From assembly GCA_016183025.1 (NCBI GenBank), contig JACPFL010000109.1:1-55339 (forward strand): DNA of 55,339 nucleotides, in the 5' to 3' direction. Each line of letters opens with the position of its first letter. Position 1 is the stretch's first letter. The notes under the pieces are model-generated. The model was not told the origin of the DNA. It searched no databases and was given only the letters and a program-made list of their open reading frames with translations. Made by a program: the position numbers and the translations under genes. Below, one piece after another: positions 7,680-16,644 of this stretch. The DNA comes from Deltaproteobacteria bacterium. GTDB lineage: Bacteria > Desulfobacterota > JACPFL01.

Positions 7680-8375
7680 TTACAGCGACGGGGACTTCCG
7701 CCCCTTCACGACGAACTCCCGGTACATCGCCTCGTGCCCGGCGATCTGGATCTCCAGGCAGTGCCTGGCTGCGAACCGGGCCCGGCGCTGCAGCTCCTCC
7801 GTCGTCGCGTAGTGCTCCAGCACCCAGTGCCCGATCTTCGAGTGCGCCACGTCGTCCAGCTCCCCGTGCTCCCCCCAGAAGCGGACCAGGGAGGGGTAGT
7901 TGTAGTACTGCCGCGCCGCCGCCGCCAGCCGGCCCCCGTACATCCCCACCGCCCCCTCGCTCGCGAAGTTGTTCGCCGCCGCCACCTCCACGATGTGCTT
8001 CCGCGCCAGCCAGTTGTAAAAGTACGGGAACGCCGCATACTCCGGGATGAGCTGCGCGTCCCGCGCCTCCTGCGGGTCTCGCCCCACCTCCCGCATGAAG
8101 TCCAGGATCCACTCCGGGTGCTCGTGCTCGTCGTGCAGGTAGTCGATGTACTGGGCCCGGACGACGGGATCCGGACAGATCCGCACCCAACCGGCGTAGA
8201 CGATCGGCATGTCCCGCAGGAAGCAGTAGAGCTGCTTCATGTACTCGACCACGTGGCCCAGCTCCAGCTTCCCCTCGTACCAGGCGCGGTTCATCGGGCT
8301 GTTGCAGAGCGCCTCCTGCAGCGGGCCGATCTCCTGCTGGAGCTGCTTCAGGAACTCGGGACCGGACAGTACCAT
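7680..8375 (-). CDS. Heme-oxygenase-like fold protein (TenA/PqqC/CADD, iron-containing redox enzyme family), paralog 1 (231 aa)
   Basis: ATG at 8375 after AGGAGGAGG. An all-helical-looking sequence with the His/Asp/Glu clusters 'LHDEHEHPEW', 'FASEGAV' and 'EHGELDDVAHS'. Confidence 0.7.
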   Translation of the reverse strand: MVLSGPEFLKQLQQEIGPLQEALCNSPMNRAWYEGKLELGHVVEYMKQLYCFLRDMPIVYAGWVRICPDPVVRAQYIDYLHDEHEHPEWILDFMREVGRDPQEARDAQLIPEYAAFPYFYNWLARKHIVEVAAANNFASEGAVGMYGGRLAAAARQYYNYPSLVRFWGEHGELDDVAHSKIGHWVLEHYATTEELQRRARFAARHCLEIQIAGHEAMYREFVVKGRKSPSL

Positions 8376-8458
8376 GGGTCCTCCTCCTCTCCTGTCATCG
8401 GGGGCTGCTGCCGCGGTCCCCCGCTCGTCGAAACCGTGTCCCCTGCCACGAGGGCGCC

Positions 8459-8486
8459 ATCCTATCCCTACGGCTGCCAATGTCAA
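8459..8486 (-). promoter_or_regulatory. Candidate promoter TTGACA-16-TAGGAT for HO-like paralog 1
   Basis: Minus strand reads TTGACAttggcagccgtagggaTAGGAT, about 80 nt upstream of the ATG, inside a 325-nt intergenic gap. Confidence 0.45.
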
Positions 8487-8700
8487 GAGCATCCGGACGC
8501 ATCCGGGAGCCCGGCCAGGCGCCCGGAGCGGGCCACGTTCTGCGTGACCAGGACGAGCGCCGGGCCACCGGGGGGATGAGGAAGGAGCGGGAGGGATCAG
8601 CGCCCCGCGAGCGGGAGCCGATGGTGGGCAGGGGGACCCAGAGGCCCCGGGTCCCGTTGGTCAGGCGCTCCCGGGGGACGACGGTGAGCTGGATGACCCG

Positions 8701-9393
8701 TCAGGCGAAGGCCTCGTAGGTGCTCAACATCTGGTAGTACGCTCCCGCGTAGGTCCAGGCGGCCTCCATGGCTTCCTGCTGCAGCTCCTCCGTGGTCGCG
8801 TACTCGTGCAGGGCCCGCAGGATGGAGTCGGAGTGGTCCTCGTCGGCCCTCACATGGACATCGAAGAACAGGACCTCGTCGTCGGTGAGCCCGTAAGACT
8901 TCCTCAGCCCATCGGCGATGAGCTTGAAGGCGATAGGGGACTGGTATTCGAACCCCATGGCACAGCCCATCCCCACGACCCAGTGCCGGTGTGCGAGGTA
9001 GAACTCCCCCAGGCGGATCACCTGGGCCGTCGCGGGGTGCAGTTTCGCCCGGTCCATCTCCTCACGCTTGAGCCCGAAGGCCACCCCCACACGGGCCATC
9101 AGCTCCGGATGGGAATCAGTCTTGGTGATCCCGCCCATCTCCTCTTCGTAGAGGTTGAGGAAGATCTCCCGCCGGAACTTCGGGATCGGGCAGTTCGCGT
9201 AGAGCGAGCCAATGTAGCGGACGATCTCGCGGGTCTGGATGTAGATCTGGTTGGCCCAGCCCGCCAGCTGGGTCTTGGTCAGCTCCCCCCGGTTGATCTT
9301 CTCGATCACCGGGTTCGATGCCAGAGCCCGCCCCGGGGCCTGCAGCCCCTGCTCGACGACCTTGACGTAGGTCTCGTAGTCCATCGGCGCCAT
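8701..9393 (-). CDS. Heme-oxygenase-like fold protein (TenA/PqqC/CADD family), paralog 2 (230 aa)
   Basis: Start taken at MAPMDYE (9393) after GGGGAGGG. Motifs are 'LYEEEMGG...SHPEL', 'GFEYQS' and 'DVHVRADEDHSD' (H-x3-D-x2-H). Confidence 0.7.
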   Translation of the reverse strand: MAPMDYETYVKVVEQGLQAPGRALASNPVIEKINRGELTKTQLAGWANQIYIQTREIVRYIGSLYANCPIPKFRREIFLNLYEEEMGGITKTDSHPELMARVGVAFGLKREEMDRAKLHPATAQVIRLGEFYLAHRHWVVGMGCAMGFEYQSPIAFKLIADGLRKSYGLTDDEVLFFDVHVRADEDHSDSILRALHEYATTEELQQEAMEAAWTYAGAYYQMLSTYEAFA

Positions 9394-9460
9394 CGTGCCC
9401 TCCCCTCTTACTGTGATCCACCCGGTCAATCGCCCTTCCCCGGGCAGCCGCGAGAGCGAG

Positions 9461-9488
9461 ATAATACGCCTGCCCCCTCTCTTGTCAA
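9461..9488 (-). promoter_or_regulatory. Strong sigma70-like promoter TTGACA-16-TATTAT for HO-like paralog 2
   Basis: Minus strand reads TTGACAagagagggggcaggcgTATTAT, with a perfect -35 and a 5/6 -10. It lies about 68 nt upstream of the ATG at 9393. Confidence 0.6.
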
Positions 9489-9516
9489 GGAGTGGAGTGC
9501 CTGCGGGCGCGGGCGG

Positions 9517-10476
9517 TCACCGGCCCCGGACGTTCTCGGCGAAGAGGTCGTCCACCGCGACCGGCTTGTCGATGAGCCCCTGCTCGTGCGACCACCGGAT
9601 CATGGTCTCGAGGGCCCGGCGGTTCTCCCGGAGGGTGAACGGCCACGGGTCGGGCCCCAGCACCCGCCGCTCCTCCTCCCAGGCGTCCATGGCCCAGGCC
9701 AGGGTCATCCGGTGCGGCTGTGAGCGGAACTCGTACTGGATGCGCTTGGCCGCCTCGAAGGCCGCCATGAGGTTCGGGCCGATCCACGGGTGTCGGCGGT
9801 AGAGCTCCGTGGGGATCACCAGCGGGTGCATGATCGGGAAGAGCCCCGTGGCCTCGTAGGAGCAGCGCTGGGCCTCGCGGAAATCCGGAAAGACCCGGCG
9901 CACCTCCGGGTGGCCATCCAGGCAGACCTTGGGGACGTTGGGGACCAGCAGCGCGTCGATCTTCCCGGCGAGCATCAACGCCCCCACGTCCTTGGACTCC
10001 GCCCGCTCCAGGCGGAGCCCCGGGACCTTCCGGTCCCGGTCCACCAGCTCCTCCTCGGTCGCCACCCAGGTGATGTCGGTCAGCGTCACGCCGTGGACGT
10101 GCTGCAGGACCCCCTTGGTCGTCAGCGCGAGGGTGTTCTCGTACGAGAGGATCCCCACGCGCTTCCCCGGCAGGTCCCCCGGCCCCTTGATCCCGGAACG
10201 GGCGCTGCAGAAGAAGAACTGCTCGCCGAACATGCGCCGGGTGAAGACCGGGACGGCGGTGAGCCAGTCCTCGCCCCGTGCGCGCATGACGATGTAGGAG
10301 GACATCGAGAACTCGCAGACGTCGAACTCCCGGTGCTCGTACATCCGCCGGTGCCGCGGCCCCGACGGGGCATACGCGATGTTGAGGTCAATCCCCTCGG
10401 GCCGGACCCGGCCGTCGAGCAGGGGCTGGAGGTAGTCGTAGTGGGAGATCGCCAGGGTCAGGGGAAGTCGGCTCAT
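9517..10476 (-). CDS. Cytoplasmic SBP-fold protein of the 4,5-dihydroxyphthalate decarboxylase (PhtD)-like group (319 aa)
   Basis: No signal peptide. 'LTLAISHYDYLQPLLDGRVRPEGIDLN...REFDVCEFSMSSYIV' matches the PhtD-like N-terminus as I recall it. Confidence 0.7.
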   Translation of the reverse strand: MSRLPLTLAISHYDYLQPLLDGRVRPEGIDLNIAYAPSGPRHRRMYEHREFDVCEFSMSSYIVMRARGEDWLTAVPVFTRRMFGEQFFFCSARSGIKGPGDLPGKRVGILSYENTLALTTKGVLQHVHGVTLTDITWVATEEELVDRDRKVPGLRLERAESKDVGALMLAGKIDALLVPNVPKVCLDGHPEVRRVFPDFREAQRCSYEATGLFPIMHPLVIPTELYRRHPWIGPNLMAAFEAAKRIQYEFRSQPHRMTLAWAMDAWEEERRVLGPDPWPFTLRENRRALETMIRWSHEQGLIDKPVAVDDLFAENVRGR

Positions 10477-10486
10477 CGGTCACTCC

Positions 10487-11266
10487 TTACGGGCGCTCCA
10501 CCTCGGCCTTGATGGAGAGCCACATGGAGGTGCACAGGTCGTTGAACTGCGCGTTCTTGCGTAGCTCCTCGAAATTGCGCGGGCGCGGGAGGTCCACCAC
10601 CACATGGTCCTTGACCCGTCCGGGCTGGGCGCTCATCACGATGATCCGGTCCGAGAGGAAGGCCGCCTCCTCGATGCTGTGGGTCACGAAGAGGACGGTC
10701 ATCCGCGTCTCCTCCCAGATCCTGAGGATCTCCTCCTGCATGACGCGGCGGGTCTGGGCGTCCAGGGCCCCGAAGGGCTCGTCCATGAGGAGCAGCTCGG
10801 GGTCCAGGGCCAGGGCCCGGGCGATGGCCACCCGTTGCTTCATCCCTCCGGAGAGCTCGTAGGGGAAGTGCTCGCTGAAGCGGCTCAGTCCCACCATGCG
10901 GGTCAGCCGCTCGACGGTCCCGTCCACGTCCTTCCCCTGCATCCGCTCCCGGGCGATCGCCAGCTCCAGCCCGAAGGCGATGTTGCGGCGGACGGAGAGC
11001 CAGGGGAACAGGATGAACTCCTGGAAGACGATGGAGCGCTCGGGGCCCGGCCTGGTGACCGGGCGGCCATGCATGACGATGGAGCCGGAGCTGGGCAGGA
11101 GCAGCCCGGCGATCATGTAGAGGAGCGTGCTCTTGCCGCAGCCCGACGGCCCCAGCAGGGTCACGAACTCCCCCTTGGTGATCCCGAAGCTCACGTCCTG
11201 GAGGGCCACCACCTCGGCCTTCCCCTTCTCCGAGAAGACCTTGGTGACCTGCCGGATCTCAACCAT
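10487..11266 (-). CDS. ABC transporter ATP-binding protein, NitT/TauT (SsuB/TauB-like) type (259 aa)
   Basis: Walker A 'GPSGCGKST', signature 'LSGGMKQRVAIARAL', Walker B 'LLLMDEPFGALD'. Confidence 0.9.
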   Translation of the reverse strand: MVEIRQVTKVFSEKGKAEVVALQDVSFGITKGEFVTLLGPSGCGKSTLLYMIAGLLLPSSGSIVMHGRPVTRPGPERSIVFQEFILFPWLSVRRNIAFGLELAIARERMQGKDVDGTVERLTRMVGLSRFSEHFPYELSGGMKQRVAIARALALDPELLLMDEPFGALDAQTRRVMQEEILRIWEETRMTVLFVTHSIEEAAFLSDRIIVMSAQPGRVKDHVVVDLPRPRNFEELRKNAQFNDLCTSMWLSIKAEVERP

Positions 11267-11389
11267 CAGCCGCCGGCCCTCCCCTTGCGCCCAGGCATCC
11301 CGGCGGGGGCGCCGGACGGTCAGAGGGGGTGGGGCGAACGGCAGGCCGGCGGGGGGCAGGGAACCGCCCCCCGTCTGCCCACCTCCCGG

Positions 11390-11584
11390 CTACTTCCGCA
11401 GCCCGTCCTTGAACAGGATCCCGCCGTGGCCGATATTCTCCTCGGGCAGGTCGTTGATCAGGACGTGGACGGCCTGGGCCGGGGCCCCGATGGTGCTCGT
11501 GAAGGCGTCCGTGACGGCCTTGACCAGGTCCCGCTTCTGGCTCTCGCTCCGGCCAGCCTTCATGTAGATCACCGCATACGGCAT
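11390..11584 (-). CDS. 4-oxalocrotonate tautomerase family enzyme (64 aa)
   Basis: ATG at 11584 after GAGGAGG. 'MPYAVIYMKAGRSESQKRDLVKAVTDAF' carries the catalytic Pro-1. Size is typical. Confidence 0.85.
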   Translation of the reverse strand: MPYAVIYMKAGRSESQKRDLVKAVTDAFTSTIGAPAQAVHVLINDLPEENIGHGGILFKDGLRK

Positions 11585-11738
11585 GGTCTTCCTCCTCTCT
11601 CCCGGCGAGCCGGGACATGGGGTGCTCGATCCACCAACCTCCGCATGATGCCGTGATGTGGTCGGCGCGCCGGCCGTGCACCGGCTCGCCCTCACCATGA
11701 GGACCTCGTCGGGGCCTCACGGCGAAGGTCTTGCGCCG

Positions 11739-12725
11739 CTAGTCCGGGAAGCGATCCATCAGGTGCTGCTTGATGAGGTCGAGCTGCTTCGGGTCATCGG
11801 TCATGGGGTTCACCATCAGGTACTGGAGCCCCGAGCGTCGCAGCTCCTCGATCCGCCCGCAGATGTCGTCCAGGGAGCCGATGAGATAGGAGGCCATGAG
11901 GTCCTCGAGGGAGCGCGTGCGCCCCATGATCGCCTCGAAGGCCGGCACCTGCTCCCGCAGCGCCTTCTCCCGGTCGTGCGTGTCCACGATGTGCACGAAC
12001 TGCGTGTGGGCGTAGAGGATGCTCTTCGGGTCCCGTCCGGCCGCGCGCGCGTGGGCTTTGACCTCCTCCCAGTCCTTCATCACGGAGTCCTTGTCGCTCC
12101 CGCTGGAGCGCCCGATCCAGGCATCGGCCTTCATGATCCGCCGGAGCACGCTCTTGGCGATGTAGGGCTTGTCGGGCGCGTCCGCGTGGGTCAGGGAGCC
12201 CCCGGCGACCCAGATGGGCGGGCACTCCGGCGGCATCGGGTCGATGGTGACGTTCTCGAACTGGAAAAACCGCCCCTTGAAGCTCGCGTTCCGCGTCGTC
12301 AGGAGGAGCTTGACCGAATCCAGCACCTCGTCGGTGCGAGCGCCCCGCTCCCGGAACGGCACCCCCATCGCCCGGTACTCGGCCGGCTCCCATCCACCCC
12401 CCACGCCCAGGATAAACCGCCCCCCCGTCAAGTAGACCATCGAGGCGATCTCCTTCGCCAGCAGCACCGGGTGACGGAAGGGGAGGATGAGGATCCCGGT
12501 CCCGATCGCCACGTGCTCGGTCACCCCGGACACGAAGGCGAGGACCTTGAGCGGCTCCAGCCAGGAGACCGCGTAGATGGCCGGGCTCGGGAGCAAGTGG
12601 TCGATGACCCAGATGCCGTGGAACCCCAGTTCCTCCACCCGCCGGCAGTACCCCCGGAGGGCGCGGGTCCGCTCGTACGTCAGGTCGGGCCAGACGTACG
12701 ACGGGATCCGGATGCCGAACTGCAT
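11739..12725 (-). CDS. LLM-class (luciferase-like) flavin/F420-dependent oxidoreductase (328 aa)
   Basis: ATG at 12725 after AGGAGG. 'MQFGIRIPS...ELGFHGIWVIDHL...GRFILGVGGGW' is the typical bacterial luciferase family pattern. Confidence 0.85.
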   Translation of the reverse strand: MQFGIRIPSYVWPDLTYERTRALRGYCRRVEELGFHGIWVIDHLLPSPAIYAVSWLEPLKVLAFVSGVTEHVAIGTGILILPFRHPVLLAKEIASMVYLTGGRFILGVGGGWEPAEYRAMGVPFRERGARTDEVLDSVKLLLTTRNASFKGRFFQFENVTIDPMPPECPPIWVAGGSLTHADAPDKPYIAKSVLRRIMKADAWIGRSSGSDKDSVMKDWEEVKAHARAAGRDPKSILYAHTQFVHIVDTHDREKALREQVPAFEAIMGRTRSLEDLMASYLIGSLDDICGRIEELRRSGLQYLMVNPMTDDPKQLDLIKQHLMDRFPD

Positions 12726-12747
12726 GTGTGCCTCCTGTGGGCCTGCC

Positions 12748-13866
12748 CTACAGCCGGTACAGGCGCCGGGGGTTGGCCTCCAAGATCTTCTGCTTGCTCG
12801 ACTCGGAGAGGTCGGAGCGCTCACGCAGGATCTTCGCGGCGAACGGCTCGCGGTCCCCATGGAGCATGTCCGATCCGAAGACGATCTGTTCCTCGCCGAC
12901 CAGCTCGATCACCTGGGGAAGGAGGACGTCCTCCACCTCGGTCGCGAAGTAGAGGTTCCCCCGGCGGATGTATTCCAGCGGGCGGCAGGCCGCCCGGGGG
13001 GCCTGCTCGGGCCAGCGCTTCCCCATGAGCTCAGCAAAGGTGTAACGGTGATCGAGGCGGTGCACCATGTAGTGCACCCACTCGCACCCGGCCTCCAGGA
13101 AGCCCACGCGCAGCTCCGGCAGGCGGTCCAGGACCCCGCTGGTGACCAGGGCCGCGAACCCCATGGCTACCGGCATCAGGAACGGGATCACCGTCCCCAC
13201 GTAGAGGTCCGAGTAGAGGTTGCTGATCGAGGGGCAGGACCACCCCACGTGGACCGCCAGGGCGAGGTCCTCGGCCGCCATGGCCTCGTAGAAGGGGAGC
13301 AGGGCCGGATCATCGAGCAGCCGGTCGCCCACCGTCCCCAGGACCATCACGGCCACGGCCCCGAGCCGCCGCCCCTCCCGGACCACCTCGACCGCCCCGG
13401 GCACATCGTCGAGGTTCACGGCCGCGGCCCAGCGAAGGCGCTCGTGACTCCCCAGCTTGTCCGACATCCAGCGGTTGTAGGCCGCGCAGAGCGCCGTTCC
13501 GAACCGAGGGTTGATGGTCAGCGGGTGGACGAGGAACAACCCGGGGTAGACCACGGCCACGTCGATCCCCTCAGCGTCCATGTCCTGCAGGCGCGCCTCC
13601 GGGGTGCGCAGCTCGATCGACTCCAGCGTCTCCGGCTTCGTGGCCGTGAACCAGGTGCGCCTCCCCTGAACGGTCGTGGGGCTTCCGAGGTTGTGGGCGC
13701 CGCGGCCCACACGCCTGGGGAAGAGCTGATCCTCGATCACCCAGTAGGCGGTGTCGTCCAGGCCGACCTGGCGGGGGCGCTGCGCGCGGAAGGCGGGATC
13801 CAGGTACGCGTCGCCGAAGGTCGCCTCGTGCTCCTCGACGTGGGCGTCAGCGTCGATCACCAACAT
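12748..13866 (-). CDS. Amidohydrolase_2 (ACMSD/PicC-type decarboxylase-hydratase superfamily) protein (372 aa)
   Basis: 'MLVIDADAHVEEHE', 'GIDVAVVYP' and 'IVFGSDMLHGD' give the metal-dependent TIM-barrel hydrolase pattern of PF04909-type proteins. Confidence 0.75.
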   Translation of the reverse strand: MLVIDADAHVEEHEATFGDAYLDPAFRAQRPRQVGLDDTAYWVIEDQLFPRRVGRGAHNLGSPTTVQGRRTWFTATKPETLESIELRTPEARLQDMDAEGIDVAVVYPGLFLVHPLTINPRFGTALCAAYNRWMSDKLGSHERLRWAAAVNLDDVPGAVEVVREGRRLGAVAVMVLGTVGDRLLDDPALLPFYEAMAAEDLALAVHVGWSCPSISNLYSDLYVGTVIPFLMPVAMGFAALVTSGVLDRLPELRVGFLEAGCEWVHYMVHRLDHRYTFAELMGKRWPEQAPRAACRPLEYIRRGNLYFATEVEDVLLPQVIELVGEEQIVFGSDMLHGDREPFAAKILRERSDLSESSKQKILEANPRRLYRL

Positions 13867-13893
13867 GGTCTGTCCTCCGTCCGTGAGGGCAGG

Positions 13894-16164
13894 CTACCTG
13901 CCGGCCGCCTCCTGCTTGGCCTTCAGGGCCTTGCGGATCTTCTCCGGCGTGATGGGGAGGCTCGTGATCCGCACGCCCACCGCGTCGCAGACGGCATTGG
14001 CGATCACGGCGGCCACGGGCACGAGGGGGGTCTCCCCGGTCCCCTTGGCCCCGTAGGGGCCGAACGGGTCGATGGGCTCCACCAGGATGCTCTCCACGTT
14101 GGGCGCGAGCCAGGCGGTCGGGACCTCGTACTCCATGGGCTCCAGCACCCGCCCGTCCTCGAAGACCAGCTCTTCGCACAGGGCATAGCCGAGCCCCTGC
14201 ACCACCCCGCCCTCCACCTGCCCCTCGGCGCTGAGCGGGTTCAGGGCCCGGCCGAGGTCATCGGCCGCGACGACCCTCAGCACCTTGACCACGCCCGTCT
14301 CGGGGTTCACCTCGACCTCGGCGACCTGGCAGGCGAAGGAGTACGCGGGGGCGATGTTGCCGAACTTCTCCTTGCCGACCTGCACGGTCGTGTCCACGGA
14401 GAACTGCCCGCGGCCGATGACCGGCGTCCCGCCCTTCTTGTACATGCTGGCCTTCACCGCATCCGCCACCGTGAGGCTCCGGCCGGGCAGCCCCTTCACG
14501 GAGATGACCCCCTCCCGGATGACCAGGTCGTCGGGGTTGGCCTCCAGCTTCTCGGCGGCCGCCTCCAGGAGCTGGCGCTTGGCGTCCCGGGCCGCCATGC
14601 GCACGCCGTTCCCCCCGATGGCCGTCACGCGGGTGGCCCAGGCCCCCAGGGCGAAGGGCGTCACGTCGGTGTCGGCCACGGACATGTCCACGTCCTCGTA
14701 GCGCACCCCCAGCTCCTCGGCCGCGATCTGCGCGAAGATCGTGTTGGCGCCCTGCCCGATCTCCCCCTCGCCGCAGATCACGTTGGCCCGGCCGTCCTCA
14801 TTGAGCTTGACGAACGCCGCCGAGCCGTCGTAGTCCCCGATGATCCGGTTCCCCGAGACGTGGATGGCGCAGGCGACCCCCAGGCCGCGCCCGAAGGTCT
14901 TCTGCTGCCGCTTCGCGGGCCACCCGATCCGCTCCAGGGCCCGATCGATGCACTCGGTCAGGCCACAGGAGTTGATGACCCACCCGTGGGCCGTCACGTC
15001 GCCGGTCTGAGTCGCGTTCTTCCGGTGCATCTCCGCGGGGTCGATCCCGAGCTCGCGGGCGAGCATGTCGATCATGGAGCCGACGGCGAAGGTGATCTGG
15101 GGGTTGCCAAAGCCCCGGAAGGCGCCGGTGGGCGTCTTGTTCGTGTAGACGAGCTTCGCGTCCGTGCGGATGTTCCGGTAGCGGTAGGCGCTGTCCACCC
15201 GGGTGGCGGCCGTGGAGAGGATCCCCTGCGCCCAGTTCGAGTAGGCGCCGTTGTCCGCGATGATCTGCGTGTCCTTGGCGGTGATCACGCCATCCTTCCG
15301 GGCGCCCATCTTCAGGCGGATGATCATGGGGACCCGCGGCCTGGCGGCCTGCATCTCCTCCTCGCGGGTGTGCTCGCAGAGGACCGGGCGCCGGGACTTG
15401 AGCGCCAGCAGGGCCGTCACCACGGGCAGCTTCTGATCCAGCTTCCCCCCGAACCCGCCCCCGACGTAGGCCTGGATCATCCGGATGTCGGAGAGCCGGA
15501 GGTTCAGCGCCTTGGCGAGGAGCTGCCGGGGGATCTCCAGGAACTGCAGCGGGCACCAGATCGTCAGCTTCCCTTCGCTCCAGTTGGCCAGGGCCGCCAC
15601 GTTCTCCATGTAGTACTGGTGATGGCACTGGGTCCGGAAGGTCTCCTCGAGGACGACGGCGGCCTCGCGCAGGCCGGCCTCGATGTCCCCGCGCTCGAAG
15701 TTCAGGTGGGAGGCGACGTTGTTCGGGAACTGCTCGTGCAGCACGGGCGCGCCCGGCCGCAGGGCCTCCTCGGGGTCGAACACCGCCGGCAGCTCCTCGT
15801 ACTCCACCTCGATCAGGTCCAGGGCCTCCTCGGCCGTATCCCGATCGATGGCCGCCACCGCCGCCACCTCGTCGCCCACGTACCGGACCCGGTCGTCGCA
15901 GAGCGGGAGCTCGTCGTCCACCACCAGGCCGTACTTGATCTTCGGGGTGTCCGCCGCGGTGATGACGGCCCGCACGCCCGTCAGGCCCTTCGCCCGGGCC
16001 GTCTCGATCTGGCGGATCCGGGCGTGCGGGAACGGGCTCCGGAGCACCTTGCCGTACAGCATGCCGGGCAGGCGCATGTCCGCGGTGTACTTGGCGTCCC
16101 CCATCGCCTTGGCCTTCGCGTCGATGCGGGGGAATGGCTTGCCGATCACCGAGAACTCTGCCAT
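13894..16164 (-). CDS. Xanthine dehydrogenase-family molybdopterin-binding large subunit (756 aa, FRGFG type)
   Basis: 'GKPFPRIDAKAKAMGDAKYTADM', 'GGGFGGK', 'GAFRGFGNPQ' and 'GAKGTGETP' (catalytic Glu region). Confidence 0.9.
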   Translation of the reverse strand: MAEFSVIGKPFPRIDAKAKAMGDAKYTADMRLPGMLYGKVLRSPFPHARIRQIETARAKGLTGVRAVITAADTPKIKYGLVVDDELPLCDDRVRYVGDEVAAVAAIDRDTAEEALDLIEVEYEELPAVFDPEEALRPGAPVLHEQFPNNVASHLNFERGDIEAGLREAAVVLEETFRTQCHHQYYMENVAALANWSEGKLTIWCPLQFLEIPRQLLAKALNLRLSDIRMIQAYVGGGFGGKLDQKLPVVTALLALKSRRPVLCEHTREEEMQAARPRVPMIIRLKMGARKDGVITAKDTQIIADNGAYSNWAQGILSTAATRVDSAYRYRNIRTDAKLVYTNKTPTGAFRGFGNPQITFAVGSMIDMLARELGIDPAEMHRKNATQTGDVTAHGWVINSCGLTECIDRALERIGWPAKRQQKTFGRGLGVACAIHVSGNRIIGDYDGSAAFVKLNEDGRANVICGEGEIGQGANTIFAQIAAEELGVRYEDVDMSVADTDVTPFALGAWATRVTAIGGNGVRMAARDAKRQLLEAAAEKLEANPDDLVIREGVISVKGLPGRSLTVADAVKASMYKKGGTPVIGRGQFSVDTTVQVGKEKFGNIAPAYSFACQVAEVEVNPETGVVKVLRVVAADDLGRALNPLSAEGQVEGGVVQGLGYALCEELVFEDGRVLEPMEYEVPTAWLAPNVESILVEPIDPFGPYGAKGTGETPLVPVAAVIANAVCDAVGVRITSLPITPEKIRKALKAKQEAAGR

Positions 16165-16168
16165 GGCG

Positions 16169-16642
16169 CTACCTCTCTCCGCGGGCCACCGCCCGCACGG
16201 CCTCGACGATCTTCACGTAGCCGGTGCAGCGGCAGATGTTGCTCCCCACGGCCTCGTAGATCTCCTCCTCGCTGGGATAGGGGTTCTGGAGGAGCAGCCC
16301 CTTGGCTATAATGATCATCCCCGGGGTGCAGTACCCGCACTGGATCGCCCCGTGCCGGACGAAGGCCTCCTGGAGCGGATCGAGCTGACCGCCCGGGGCC
16401 AGCCCCTCGATCGTCGTGATCTCGCGCCCCTTCACCTGGAAGGCCATCTTGATGCAGCTGGAGACCGGCTGGCCGTCCACCAGCACCGTGCAGGCCCCGC
16501 AGATCCCGGCCCCGCACGACTCCTTGGTCCCCGTCAGCCCCAGCTCGTCCCGGAGCAGCTCCAGGAGGGTCCGCTGGGGCGGCAGCTCCATCTCGTACCG
16601 GTCCCCGTTGATCGTGAAGCTCATGGGAATCCGCGTCGCCAT
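16169..16642 (-). CDS. [2Fe-2S]-binding small subunit (CoxS-like, 157 aa)
   Basis: 'CGAGICGACTVLVDG' and 'QCGYCTPGMI...CRCTGY' are the two Fe-S cluster motifs. Confidence 0.92.
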   Translation of the reverse strand: MATRIPMSFTINGDRYEMELPPQRTLLELLRDELGLTGTKESCGAGICGACTVLVDGQPVSSCIKMAFQVKGREITTIEGLAPGGQLDPLQEAFVRHGAIQCGYCTPGMIIIAKGLLLQNPYPSEEEIYEAVGSNICRCTGYVKIVEAVRAVARGER

Positions 16643-16644
16643 CC

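Noticed and set aside
11325-11361. G-tract cluster (GGGGG-T-GGGG-16 nt-GGGGGG-CA-GGG), considered as a possible G-quadruplex.
   Set aside because: One loop is 16 nt, and such G-runs are expected by chance in 70% GC intergenic DNA.
12577-16311. 1244-aa plus-strand ORF, the longest in the track.
   Set aside because: It runs antisense to four well-supported minus-strand genes (LLM, amidohydrolase, Mo subunit, Fe-S subunit). Its composition is dominated by R/G/P/H/D/L, as expected for the stop-poor reverse frame of GC3-rich genes. No family motifs are present.
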